Assembly (NCBI GenBank): GCA_963719555.1
Contig: CAVRCL010000013.1
Coordinates: 1,463-65,462 of the forward strand
Origin: Thermoanaerobaculia bacterium
GTDB taxonomy: Bacteria > Acidobacteriota > Thermoanaerobaculia > Multivoradales > JAGPDF01
Reading direction: 5' to 3'
Length of the DNA stretch: 64,000 bases
Position numbers and translations under genes: made by a program. Below, piece after piece: positions 27,923 through 37,089 of the stretch; the stretch's first letter is position 1, and every line of letters starts with the position of its first letter. The notes beneath the pieces are model-generated. The model ran no database searches and had not been told where the DNA came from. It saw nothing but the letters and a program-made list of their open reading frames with translations.

Positions 27923-28579
27923 TCAGTGCGCGGCGGAACGCTTGCCGGCGGCGGCACCCTGTTTCGCCGCGGCCACCAGGTCGAACGCCTGATTCCGCAT
28001 GCTCGCGCGGCGGCCGTCCTCCTCGAGACTCGCGGGACGATACCCCAGGCGGCCCTCGTCGACGGTGAACGGCTTCATCAGGTCGGTCTTGCCGACGATC
28101 GACTGGTCGCGGCTGTAATACGCCATATCGTGGTTGTTCGACATGATGATCGCCTCTTCCGGACAGGCGTCGACGCAATAGCCGCAGAAAACGCAGCGCA
28201 ACATGTCGATCTCGTAGACCACCGGATACTTCTCGATGTTGACATCGGGATGCTCCGCGGCCTCGATGTGGATGCACTCTGCCGGGCATGCCGTCGCGCA
28301 GAGATAACAGGCGACGCAGCGCACCGAGCCGTCGGGCCGGGTGGTCAGGATGTGGTGGCCGCGGTAGCGCGGGCTGTACTGGCGGCGCTCCTCCGGGTAC
28401 TCGATGGTCACCCGCTTGCGGATCCTGAAGAGATTCAGGAACATGTGGCGGATGGTGACCATGAGGCCCGAGAGGAGCGGCAGGTACAAGCGCTCCGCGA
28501 TCGTCATGCGCCGCGGCACGATCTTCTTCGGATGGTGCTCGACGCCCGGCAACTTGAGGGCTGCGGGATTGATGGTCAT
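27923..28579 (-). CDS. nuoI: NADH-quinone oxidoreductase subunit I (2x[4Fe-4S])
   Basis: CVACYLCATACPAECI and CVFCGYCVDACPEEAI ferredoxin motifs in NuoI spacing. ATGA overlap with the nuoCD stop. Confidence 0.85.
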   Translation of the reverse strand: MTINPAALKLPGVEHHPKKIVPRRMTIAERLYLPLLSGLMVTIRHMFLNLFRIRKRVTIEYPEERRQYSPRYRGHHILTTRPDGSVRCVACYLCATACPAECIHIEAAEHPDVNIEKYPVVYEIDMLRCVFCGYCVDACPEEAIIMSNNHDMAYYSRDQSIVGKTDLMKPFTVDEGRLGYRPASLEEDGRRASMRNQAFDLVAAAKQGAAAGKRSAAH

Positions 28580-30282
28580 CGATCGAGCTCTCCGGCGATG
28601 ACGTTCAGGCCACCGAGCGTGGCGATGACGTCCGAGATCGTGTGCCCCATCATCAGGGTCGAGAAGGACGAGAAGATCGGGAAGCATGGCGGCCGGACCT
28701 TGATCCGGTAGGGTTTCCCGGAGCCGTCCGAGATGCAATAGAAGCCGAGCTCGCCGTTCGCCCCTTCGACCATGCCGTAGCGCTCCCCCGGAGGCACCTG
28801 GATGCCGTCCATGATCAGCTTGAAGTGATAGATCATCGACTCCATCTGGTTGTAGCAGGCCTCTTTCGTCGGCAGCGCGATGTGGGGATCATCAACGATG
28901 CACTTGCCCTCCGGCATACCGCGGTCGAGCAGCTGGCGGATCATGGAGAGCGACTGCCGGATCTCGAGCATGCGGACCCGGAAGCGGTCGTAGATGTCCC
29001 CACCCTGGAGCACCGGCACTTCCCAGTCGAGCGTGTCGTAGAGGTCGTAGGGGTGGGCGCGGCGCACGTCGTAGGCCACGCCGGAGGCGCGCAGGCACGG
29101 ACCGGTCCAGCCCCAGCTCACGGCTTCCTCGCCGGACATCGCCGCGATGCCGACTGCGCGATCGATGAAGATCCGGTTCTTGGCGACCAGGGTCTCGACG
29201 TCGTCGATCAGCGGCGGAATGAACTCCAGCAGGCGCCTGCAGTGCGCTTCGAACGTCGACGGCAGCTCCGCGAGCAGCCCTCCGATCCGATTCGCCGACA
29301 CCGTCAGGCGCGAGCCGCAGACCGATTCGAGCAGGCCGTAGATCTCCTCCCGCGGCTGGAAGAAGTACCAGAAGTTGGTCAGCGCGCCGAGGTCGACCAG
29401 CGTCGAGCCGTTGCAGACGCAGTGATCCATGATGCGCGAGAACTCGGAGAGGATCGTGCGCGCCCAGACCGCTCGCGGCGGGGCTTCGATCCCCAGCATC
29501 TGCTCCACCGTCCGGCAGTAGCCGACGTTGTTGATGAAGGAAGAGCAGTAGTTCAGCCGGTCGGTGTACGGGATCACCTGCTGCCAGGTGTGGCTCTCGG
29601 CCATCTTCTCGAAACACCGGTGCAGATAGCCGATCTCGACTTCCGAAGCGACGATCTGCTCGCCGTCGACCATGGCGACCATGCGCAAGGTACCGTGCAT
29701 CGCCGGGTGCGACGGACCGATGTTGATCGTCATGCGCTCGAACATCGAGTCGCCCATCTCGGGCGCTTCGAGCTTCGGGCTGTAGATCTTGTCTTCGGTC
29801 AGGATCCAGCGTCGCGCGGAGTCGTAGTCCTTGCGCAGCGCGTGCCCCTGAAAGCCGTCGTGGGTGAGGATCCGGCGGAGATTCGGGTGTCCAGAAAACT
29901 TGAATCCGAACAGATCCCAGGCCTCGCGCTCGAACCAGTCGGCGGCTTTCCAGACCGGAATCAGAGAGGGCAGGACCGGATCGGCCTCGGTCAACGGTAC
30001 CTTGAGCCGGAGGCGCTCGCCGCGCGGCATCGAATAGAGGTGATAGACCGCCTCGAACCTTCCACCGCTCTCGTCCGACCGGTCCGGGAAATCGACTCCG
30101 CAGAGGTCGAGAAGCATGTCGAAACGCGTCTGGGGATCGTCGCGCAGGTCCTTGCAGAGCGCGAGCAGGTGCTCGCGCGAGACGATCCAGGTGGGCTGAT
30201 CGAGCCCCTCCTGGGGAGTGACGCTTCCGGCCGGGAAGCGATCGATCAGGCGATCAAGCGGCTTCTGAGCTTCCACCTGCAC
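28576..30282 (-). CDS. nuoCD: NADH-quinone oxidoreductase fused subunit C/D
   Basis: 568 aa, intact. NuoC part ...FEAVYHLYS...WFEREAWDLFGFKFSGHPNLRRIL. NuoD part ...NIGPSHPAMHGTLRM...GYLHRCFEK...IPYTDRLNY...VIAGELDR. Confidence 0.9.
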   Translation of the reverse strand: MQVEAQKPLDRLIDRFPAGSVTPQEGLDQPTWIVSREHLLALCKDLRDDPQTRFDMLLDLCGVDFPDRSDESGGRFEAVYHLYSMPRGERLRLKVPLTEADPVLPSLIPVWKAADWFEREAWDLFGFKFSGHPNLRRILTHDGFQGHALRKDYDSARRWILTEDKIYSPKLEAPEMGDSMFERMTINIGPSHPAMHGTLRMVAMVDGEQIVASEVEIGYLHRCFEKMAESHTWQQVIPYTDRLNYCSSFINNVGYCRTVEQMLGIEAPPRAVWARTILSEFSRIMDHCVCNGSTLVDLGALTNFWYFFQPREEIYGLLESVCGSRLTVSANRIGGLLAELPSTFEAHCRRLLEFIPPLIDDVETLVAKNRIFIDRAVGIAAMSGEEAVSWGWTGPCLRASGVAYDVRRAHPYDLYDTLDWEVPVLQGGDIYDRFRVRMLEIRQSLSMIRQLLDRGMPEGKCIVDDPHIALPTKEACYNQMESMIYHFKLIMDGIQVPPGERYGMVEGANGELGFYCISDGSGKPYRIKVRPPCFPIFSSFSTLMMGHTISDVIATLGGLNVIAGELDR

Positions 30283-30805
30283 TCTTGGCCCTCCCCTTCT
30301 GGTTCTTGGCCTTGCGATCGCGCGCGACCTTTTCCTTGATCTGAAGGATGCCGTAGATCAGCCCTTCGGGAGAGGGCGGGCAACCCGGCACGTAGATATC
30401 CACCGGGATGATCTCGTCGATCCCCTGCATCACGTGATAGGCGCGGTAGAAGCCGCCGGAACAGGCGCAGGCCCCCATCGAAACCACCCATTTCGGATCC
30501 GGCATCTGATCGTAGATCCGCTTGAGAACCGGTCCCATCTTGTCGGTGATCGTGCCCGCGACGATCATCAGGTCGCTCTGGCGAGGCGAAAAACGCACCA
30601 CCTCGTAGCCGAATCGAGCCATGTCGTAGTGGCTCGATACCGTCCCCATGAACTCGATGGCGCAACAGGCGGTGCCAAAGGGGAGAGGCCAGAAAGAATG
30701 CCGCTGCGCCCATTCCGCGATGGTGTCGAGCCGCGTCGTCAGCCAGGATTCGCCTTGAATCTGCATCTCGTTGCCGGCCATCCGTCCCCCACCCTCCGCA
30801 GTCAT
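30254..30805 (-). CDS. nuoB: NADH-quinone oxidoreductase subunit B
   Basis: ...SFWPLPFGTACCAIEFM...MIVAGTITDKM...VVSMGACACSGGFY...VDIYVPGCPPSPE carries the conserved NuoB cysteine ligands for cluster N2. The start could be 30781. Confidence 0.85.
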   Translation of the reverse strand: MTAEGGGRMAGNEMQIQGESWLTTRLDTIAEWAQRHSFWPLPFGTACCAIEFMGTVSSHYDMARFGYEVVRFSPRQSDLMIVAGTITDKMGPVLKRIYDQMPDPKWVVSMGACACSGGFYRAYHVMQGIDEIIPVDIYVPGCPPSPEGLIYGILQIKEKVARDRKAKNQKGRAKSAGGSSEAA

Positions 30806-30809
30806 CGTA

Positions 30810-31208
30810 TCAGCCCGAAAAATCGCCGGACGAGCGCGTCATCGCGTCGAGCAGCGAATCGAGTCGGGCCAGATGCGCCTGCTGTCGGGCGACGACTTTG
30901 GCGAAGACCGCCGCGGTCTCCGCGTCCACTTCTCCCGACATGCGCGGGTAGAGCGAGTCGTTTTCGTATCGTTCCTCGGCGAGGGCCGCCTCGAGATCCT
31001 GGTTGCCGCCGCGAACCTGACCGGCCGCCTCGAGCTGAATCCGCGCCAGTTCGTCCTTCTCGGCAGCGAGAGCGCGCCACGCATCCGCGAGCTTCGGATG
31101 CCCTTCCTGCGTCGCCCGCACGGCAGCGGCGCGAAAGCGCGCGGCGCTGGCGGCTTCGGCGTTGAAACCGGTCTTCAGATACTCTTGAGCGCGTGGCAGT
31201 CGGGACAC
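30810..31208 (-). CDS. Rubrerythrin/ferritin-like four-helix-bundle protein (tentative)
   Basis: 132 aa. GFNAEAASAARFRAAAVRATQEGHPKLADAWRALAAEKDELARIQLE...LEAALAEERYENDSLYPRM...AAVFAKVVARQQAHLARL parallels the rubrerythrin helix pattern (GES.A..rY..fA..A..EG...A..F...A..E..HA). However, the first ExxH position reads KDEL. Assignment is weak. Confidence 0.35.
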   Translation of the reverse strand: MSRLPRAQEYLKTGFNAEAASAARFRAAAVRATQEGHPKLADAWRALAAEKDELARIQLEAAGQVRGGNQDLEAALAEERYENDSLYPRMSGEVDAETAAVFAKVVARQQAHLARLDSLLDAMTRSSGDFSG

Positions 31209-31377
31209 GAGACCTCTCCTCTGATTGCGTGCGGCGAAAACGCCCGGAGCTCGACTCGCCCAGGCGGGGACGCGCGCTGACCGCTATTCTAGGCCAAGGG
31301 ACACGCCCGCGGGCAATCCCGGCGAAACCGCTGGCGCACCGCTGCGTAAGTCACTGACAGGCTCCGGAAGCCCTATC

Positions 31378-33456
31378 GTGCCGCGCGGTTCGCAAACCCT
31401 CACTCAAACCACCCTGCTGATCTCCGGGGCGGTCTTCGTCCTCCTCCGCGTTCTCGCCTTGGCGCTCGACTCCGGGTTACTCCGTACGCTTTCCAAGCTC
31501 GCCCTGGCATGCCTGGTTCTGGTGGCCCTGGTCTGGGTCTTCCGCGCCCTCTGGAAAAGCTTCTTCTGGCGGGTCGGCCGTCGTCTGGCCTTCTCCTACT
31601 TCACGGTCGGCGTCCTGCCGATGGCGATGCTGGCCCTGATCTTCCTCCTGGCCGCCTATCTCTTCGGCGGCTTCCTTCTCGGCCATCTCTACCGGGATGC
31701 CCTCGACGATCTCCGGGCCGAGCTCGCTGTCGCGGCCGAGTCACGCCTCTCCGAGTTGCTGCATCGCCAAGCCGGTCTCCCCGACACCGCGGGCCCGCTC
31801 ACCTTCGCGGAGTACCGCAATGGGCGCAAGGTGTCCGGAGGGCCCGAGGCGCCGCTGCTCTGGCCCGCATGGATCGAAGCCAGCGACGCCGGCGAGCGCC
31901 CAGACGGTGCCGCCGCGGCGAAGGTCGCCGACCAAGCCGAGCGCGATCCCGAGGCCGGTACGCCTTTCGTCGCCCTCTCCGACGGCACTCTCTCCATGGC
32001 CGCTGTCGCGCGCGCGGAAGACCGCGGAGTGATGGTCCATTTCGCCGGCAACCTCGACGCCGAGCTGCGGCGCCGGACCCGCGTCTGGGTCGAGCTCCTG
32101 CGGGACGACGATCCGCGCCGCAAGACGACTCGCCTGCAGATTTTCGGCCTCGAGCTCCGCCTGGGAGGCTTCGACTTCACCACCGAGAAGAGTGCCGAGT
32201 ACTACAAGCTCAATCCGCCGGAGCGGGAGGGCGCGCCGCGCTTGCTCGAAAAGCCGTCCATCCTGTGGATGGAATCGACCGGCGCCCTGCCGCTGCTCGC
32301 CACCGGCGAGCGCATCTCCGACGGCGTCGGCGCTTCACTCGCGAGCAGCCCTCCCAGCCTCTTCCGCGCCATGCTACTGACCTCGTCCGAAGTCGATTCG
32401 GCGGCCTGGATCGCCCTTCTCGGCGTCGCAGTACTGTTCGCCGAGATCTACCTCGTTGCGGCGGGCATCGCCCTCTTCATGATTTTCGGCCTCTCCCGCG
32501 CCGTGAACCGGCTCTCGCGGGCCACCGACGCGATCGGACGGGGCGATTTCTCGACCCGGATTCCGGTGCGGCGGAAAGACCAGCTCGGCGATCTCCAGCG
32601 CTCCTACAACTCGATGTCCGAGCATCTCGAGGAGCTGGTCCAGACCGCGGCGCAGAAGGAGATCCTGGACAAGGAGCTGGCGCTCGCGCGCCAGGTCCAG
32701 CAGGATCTTCTTCCGGCCGGAATCGACGAGCGCGCGGGGGTCGAGTTCTCGACCTTCTTCGAACCGAGCGCGGCGATCGGCGGCGACTACTTCGACATCC
32801 TCGACGCCGGCGACGGCAGGGTCGCGGTGGTGATCGCCGATGTCGCCGGGCACGGCCTGGCAGCGGGGCTGCGCATGGCGCTGGTCAAGTCGGCGCTCAC
32901 CCTGCTGGTCGAGGACCGGATAGCCGCCCCGGCCATCCTGGCGCGTCTGCACCGACTGCTGCGCAGCAGGCCGGGCGAGCGCAGTTTCGTCACCGCGAGC
33001 CTCTCCGTCTTCGACCCCGAGAGCGGCCTGCTCGAGCTCACCAATGCGGGACACCCTCCCGCCTATGTGGTGCGCCTGGCCGGCGGCGTCGAGGAGCTCC
33101 TCGCACCGGGCGTCCCGCTCGGGGCACTCGGAGGGGTCGGAGGGGGCGGCCCGAGCGGCGGCGCGGCGAGCGCGCCGGGCGCAGCCGCGGCCCGGCTCGA
33201 AATCGGTGACGCTGTCGTCTGGCTCTCCGACGGCCTGATCGAATGCTGCGATGCGCAGGGCGAGCAGTTCGGCTACGACCGGATCCGGCGGCACCTCGAA
33301 GGAGCGCCCGTGCACGCCGCGGGGCTCCGCGACCGCCTGCTCGATGCCATCCGTCTCCACACCGGCGGACTTCCCGCCGAGGACGACCGGACCCTCGTGG
33401 CGATGATCTACCGCGCGCCGGTGGCGCGCGGCGAGGCCGGGCGAAGTCCGGGCTAA
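31378..33456 (+). CDS. Membrane-bound HAMP-domain PP2C (SpoIIE/RsbU-type) serine phosphatase; start uncertain
   Basis: Several N-terminal TM helices. HAMP ...RAVNRLSRATDAIGRGDFSTRIPVRRKDQLGDLQRSYNSM. PP2C/SpoIIE core ...ARQVQQDLLP...IGGDYFDIL...VVIADVAGHGLAAGL...LTNAGHPP...WLSDGLIE...DDRTLV. Confidence 0.7.
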   Translation: MPRGSQTLTQTTLLISGAVFVLLRVLALALDSGLLRTLSKLALACLVLVALVWVFRALWKSFFWRVGRRLAFSYFTVGVLPMAMLALIFLLAAYLFGGFLLGHLYRDALDDLRAELAVAAESRLSELLHRQAGLPDTAGPLTFAEYRNGRKVSGGPEAPLLWPAWIEASDAGERPDGAAAAKVADQAERDPEAGTPFVALSDGTLSMAAVARAEDRGVMVHFAGNLDAELRRRTRVWVELLRDDDPRRKTTRLQIFGLELRLGGFDFTTEKSAEYYKLNPPEREGAPRLLEKPSILWMESTGALPLLATGERISDGVGASLASSPPSLFRAMLLTSSEVDSAAWIALLGVAVLFAEIYLVAAGIALFMIFGLSRAVNRLSRATDAIGRGDFSTRIPVRRKDQLGDLQRSYNSMSEHLEELVQTAAQKEILDKELALARQVQQDLLPAGIDERAGVEFSTFFEPSAAIGGDYFDILDAGDGRVAVVIADVAGHGLAAGLRMALVKSALTLLVEDRIAAPAILARLHRLLRSRPGERSFVTASLSVFDPESGLLELTNAGHPPAYVVRLAGGVEELLAPGVPLGALGGVGGGGPSGGAASAPGAAAARLEIGDAVVWLSDGLIECCDAQGEQFGYDRIRRHLEGAPVHAAGLRDRLLDAIRLHTGGLPAEDDRTLVAMIYRAPVARGEAGRSPG

Positions 33457-34184
33457 CGCGCCAGGCCGGCGAGCGTCGCGGTTTCGAGCCCGAGGAAGCC
33501 GAGGATGCGCCGGACGTAGCCTTGCGTCTCGCGGTACGGTGGCACGCCGCCGTAGCGGTCGACGGAGCCTTCGCCGGCGTTGTAGCCGGCGAGGATCCTC
33601 GGCAGGTCGCCGGCGAAGCGATCGGTGAGGAACGACAGGTAGCGCACCCCCGCTTCGATGTTCCGTTCCGGCTGGAAGAGCTCGGCGGTTCGCACGCCGT
33701 AGCGCTTGGCGGTCGCCGGCATGAGCTGCATGAGGCCACGCGCCCCCTTCGGAGAGAGCGCCCGGGGATTGAAGGCCGACTCGGCGCGGATCACCGCCGC
33801 GATCAGGTGGGGATTGACCTTGTGCTTGCGGGCCGCGGCGAAGATGAGATCGCTGTAGGCGGTCGAGGGCGCAACGTCCCCCTCCGTGAAGCGCACCGGG
33901 AAGTCGTACGCCGTCGCTTCGAGGACCTCGGCCGCCTTCTCCGGCTCGGGCACCACCTCATCGTCCACGACGCGCTCTACCCGGAGCAGCGGCAGACGCA
34001 TCGTCCCGCCCTTGGCGAACGTCAGGACAGCGCCCTGCTCGTCGACCACGTACGCCTCGGCCTTGATCACCGAGCCGTCGGTCAGGATGACGAGGTGCGC
34101 CGGTACCGCTCTCGCCAACGCGAACGCGAAGAGAGCGAGCCCGAGCGGGCGCAGAAAGGAATGGCAGCGCACGGATTCCGCCAT
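33453..34184 (-). CDS. Lytic transglycosylase (SLT domain)
   Basis: Start MAESVRCHSFLRPLGLALFAFALA (signal/anchor). SLT catalytic region ...AVIRAESAFNPRALSPKGARGLMQLMPATAKRYG...AGYNAGEGSV. Confidence 0.75.
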   Translation of the reverse strand: MAESVRCHSFLRPLGLALFAFALARAVPAHLVILTDGSVIKAEAYVVDEQGAVLTFAKGGTMRLPLLRVERVVDDEVVPEPEKAAEVLEATAYDFPVRFTEGDVAPSTAYSDLIFAAARKHKVNPHLIAAVIRAESAFNPRALSPKGARGLMQLMPATAKRYGVRTAELFQPERNIEAGVRYLSFLTDRFAGDLPRILAGYNAGEGSVDRYGGVPPYRETQGYVRRILGFLGLETATLAGLAR

Positions 34185-34200
34185 CTCGGTCACAACTATC

Positions 34201-35151
34201 TTACGCACGGGGGTGAAAACGGTCATAGGCGCCGCGCAGGCGCTCCTGGTGGATATGCGTGTAGATCTCGGTGGTCGCGATGTCGGCGTGGCCGAGCATC
34301 GCCTGCACGGCGCGCAGGTCGGCGCCATGCTCCAGCAGGTGGGTGGCGAAGCTGTGGCGCAGGACGTGCGGCGAGATCGGCCGGTCGATGCCGGCCCGCA
34401 CGCCCCAGGCTTTCAGGATCTTCCAGAAACCCTGCCGGGTCATCGGCGCGCCGCGCAGGTTGACGAAGACCGCGTCGTGCCGTCCACGTGCCACCTTGGG
34501 CCGCAGCTCGGTGAGATAGCGCCCGAGGGAGAGTTCCGCCTGCTCCCCCACCGGTACGACGCGCTCCTTCGAGCCTTTGCCGAAGGCGAGGAGGAACCCG
34601 CCCTTGAGGTCGATCTGCGGCAGGCGCAGGCCGACGAGCTCCGAAGCCCGGAGGCCGGTGGCGTAGAGCAGCTCCAGCATCGCCTTGTCGCGCACGCCTG
34701 CCGGAGTCGCGAGGTCGGGAGCGGCGAGCAGACGGTCGACCTCGTCCTCGGTGAGGACTCTGGGCAGGCGCCTGAGCAGGCGCGGCGCCGCGAGATTCTC
34801 GACCGGATCGTCGCGGCGCTCGCCGGCCTCGACGAGGTCGCGAAAGAAACCATGCATCGCGGCCATCGCCCGGCGCACCGAGCGCGGGCTGATCTCCTGG
34901 CCGTGCAGCCACCGCAGATGGGCGGCGATCGCCGCCGGGTCGGCGGCGACGAGGTCCTTGGCCTTCTGCCGGTCGAGCCACTCGCCGAGGCGCACGAGGT
35001 CGCTGCGATAGGCCGAGACGGTGCGCGGCGAGAGGCCGCGCTCGTAGGCAAGACCGTCGAGCCAGAGGTCGAGCCGCCGGCGCCACGGGACCGGAGTCGC
35101 AGCACCGGCGGGCGGCTCGCCGGACCGGTCCGGGGCATTCGCCGCCGCCAT
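34201..35151 (-). CDS. xerD: Site-specific tyrosine recombinase XerD (XerC/D family)
   Basis: ...RTVSAYRSDL...LLYATGLRASELVGL...GKGSKERVVP...HVLRHSFATHLLEHGADLRAVQAMLGHADIATTEIYTH carries the R..HxxR..Y catalytic residues in Xer-type context. Confidence 0.75.
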   Translation of the reverse strand: MAAANAPDRSGEPPAGAATPVPWRRRLDLWLDGLAYERGLSPRTVSAYRSDLVRLGEWLDRQKAKDLVAADPAAIAAHLRWLHGQEISPRSVRRAMAAMHGFFRDLVEAGERRDDPVENLAAPRLLRRLPRVLTEDEVDRLLAAPDLATPAGVRDKAMLELLYATGLRASELVGLRLPQIDLKGGFLLAFGKGSKERVVPVGEQAELSLGRYLTELRPKVARGRHDAVFVNLRGAPMTRQGFWKILKAWGVRAGIDRPISPHVLRHSFATHLLEHGADLRAVQAMLGHADIATTEIYTHIHQERLRGAYDRFHPRA

Positions 35152-35810
35152 CAGGCCTTCACCATCCGGGGCGGTCCACCACCGCGCCGACGAACGGGTT
35201 CTCGCGCCGTTCTTCGTCGAGCCCGAGTCTCCGGACCATGTCCGGGGAGAAGGCGGTAGTCGCCGCCGAGCACGAAGAGCTTCCCGCGAATCGACCGGGC
35301 GAGCGTCTCGCCGTCGCCCCCCGGCAGATCGCTGCGCCCGACGCCGCGGCAGAAGATCGTGTCGCCGACCAGAATCTCGCGGCTCGCCTCATCGATGAGG
35401 CAGACCCCGCCGGGCGTATGTCCCGGGGTATGCAGCACGCGCAGCACGAGCCCTGCGACCTCCACTTCGACGCCCTCTTCCAGCCAGCCTGAAGGCTTCG
35501 GACAGGGGCGAGCCTTCAGCAAGGCCTCGAGCTCGGGCCACTGTTGGCGCTCGAGGTAAGGCAGATCGGCGCGGTGGATCCAGACTCCGATGCCGAAGCG
35601 CTCGGCGACGTCGGCGCAGTGCGCAATGTGGTCGACATGCCCGTGGGTCAACAGGATGCTCTCCGGCGCGAGGCCGCGGCGCTCGATGGCGGCGATGATC
35701 CGCCCGCTCTCGGCACCGGGATCGACGACCGCGCAGCGCCCAGTGCCCGCGGCCCCCACGAGGTAGCAGTTCTCTTCCAAAGGTCCGACGGTGAGCTTCT
35801 CGATCAACAT
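35151..35810 (-). CDS. MBL-fold metallo-hydrolase (glyoxalase II-like)
   Basis: ...ILLTHGHVDHIAH... (HxHxDH), ...VLHTPGHTPGG..., ...GDTIF..., ...LLPGHGPET. The last ~25 codons read better in the alternate frame (LGLDEERRENPFVGAVVDRPGW*, stop 35159), suggesting an indel near 35235. Confidence 0.75.
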   Translation of the reverse strand: MLIEKLTVGPLEENCYLVGAAGTGRCAVVDPGAESGRIIAAIERRGLAPESILLTHGHVDHIAHCADVAERFGIGVWIHRADLPYLERQQWPELEALLKARPCPKPSGWLEEGVEVEVAGLVLRVLHTPGHTPGGVCLIDEASREILVGDTIFCRGVGRSDLPGGDGETLARSIRGKLFVLGGDYRLLPGHGPETRARRRTAREPVRRRGGGPPRMVKA

Positions 35811-35838
35811 GGCGTTCGGGCCGGCGGCGCGCGGCGGC

Positions 35839-37077
35839 TCAGGACTTCGGATGGCGCTGACAGAGGGCGAGCAGGCGTTCCTCGGAGAGAACCGCCGTCG
35901 ACTCCTTGGCGGCCTGGAAGATCGTCTGGACGAGGGCAGGCGAGCTCTCGATCCCCCGTTCCTGCAGCCAGCAGGTGATGTTTGCCTGGCCGCTCATCGG
36001 ACCGACCTCGACTTCCTGCCGCCGGCCGACCATCGCTGCCGGGATGCCCGAATAGACCCGGTCGGCGAGCCAGTCGTGTCCTTTGGCGCGCGCCTTGAGA
36101 ATGGCGGCGGCGTGCACTCCGGTCTGCGTGCGATAGGCGTCCTTGCCGAAGACCGGATAGCTCTCGGGGATCGCGACTCCCGTGGCGCGCGACACCAGGT
36201 CGCAGAGCCCGGAGAGCGGCTGGAGATTCCAGTGACTCCAGCCGAAGAGCTCGAAGTTGACCAGCATCTGGTCGAGTGCACAGTTGCCGACCCGCTCGCC
36301 GATGCCGAGGATCGTGCCGTGGAGACGGTCAGCGCCGGCCTCGGCTGCGGCGATGGCGTTGGCGAGGCCCAGGCCGCGATCGTTGTGCCCATGCCAGTCG
36401 ACCGCGACGTCCTCCCGCATGTCGTCGACCACCTCACGGAGGAAACGGACCAGGTTGCGCGCCCCTTCGGGCGTCGCGTGCCCGACGGTGTCGGCGATGC
36501 AGATCCGGCGCGCTCCAGCTTCGACCGCCGCAGTGTAGAGGGCGCGCGCATCCTCGGGCCGGGCGCGAGTCGTGTCCTCGGTGACGTACATCACCGGCAG
36601 TCCCTCGCGCGTCGCCATGCCGACCGCCTCGCGGGTCAGCTCGAGGAGCTTCGGCAGCTCCCAGCCCTCGGTGTACTGGCGGATCGGCGACGAGCCCAGG
36701 AAACAGGCGACCTCGATCGCCAGACCGGTGCGCTGCGCGATCTCGACGATCGGTCGGATGTCGGCCTCGAGGGTGCGGGCCGCGCAGTTGGGCGAGATGG
36801 CGAGATTCTGCTCGACGATCTCGCGGGCGAGACGCGTCACGTCGGCGACGACGTGCGGACCGGCGCCCGGCAGGCCGATGTTCAGCGAATCGATGCCGAT
36901 CGCCGCCAGACCGTGGAGGATCTCGAGTTTCTGCTCGATCGCCGGCGTCTTCACTGACGGCGACTGCAGGCCGTCGCGCAGGGTCTCGTCGTTCAAAGCC
37001 ACCCGCCCACGCGCCGGAACGAGCTCCCCCTTGGCGTTGTTCCAGTCGTAGATCAACTCGGATTCGGAGGGATGCAT
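35839..37077 (-). CDS. 2-isopropylmalate/homocitrate synthase family protein (DRE-TIM metallolyase, short form without LeuA regulatory domain)
   Basis: 412 aa, intact. ...LNDETLRDGLQSPSV...IADTVGHATP...DWHGHNDRGLGLANAIAAAEAGADRLHGTILGIGERVGNCALDQ... Confidence 0.7.
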   Translation of the reverse strand: MHPSESELIYDWNNAKGELVPARGRVALNDETLRDGLQSPSVKTPAIEQKLEILHGLAAIGIDSLNIGLPGAGPHVVADVTRLAREIVEQNLAISPNCAARTLEADIRPIVEIAQRTGLAIEVACFLGSSPIRQYTEGWELPKLLELTREAVGMATREGLPVMYVTEDTTRARPEDARALYTAAVEAGARRICIADTVGHATPEGARNLVRFLREVVDDMREDVAVDWHGHNDRGLGLANAIAAAEAGADRLHGTILGIGERVGNCALDQMLVNFELFGWSHWNLQPLSGLCDLVSRATGVAIPESYPVFGKDAYRTQTGVHAAAILKARAKGHDWLADRVYSGIPAAMVGRRQEVEVGPMSGQANITCWLQERGIESSPALVQTIFQAAKESTAVLSEERLLALCQRHPKS

Positions 37078-37089
37078 CGGACGGCCTCC

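Noticed and set aside
34201-35151. The tyrosine recombinase as the integrase of the island or another mobile element.
   Set aside because: The sequence follows the housekeeping XerD pattern. It lies 29 kb from the island, among core genes (SLT, MBL hydrolase), with core GC content and no flanking repeats.
35151-35240. Alternative C-terminus of the MBL hydrolase (frame change near 35235) as something programmed.
   Set aside because: Both frames terminate within 8 nt of each other, and only the last ~25 residues differ. A single indel, real or artefactual, is sufficient. There is no slippery sequence or downstream structure suggesting programmed frameshifting.
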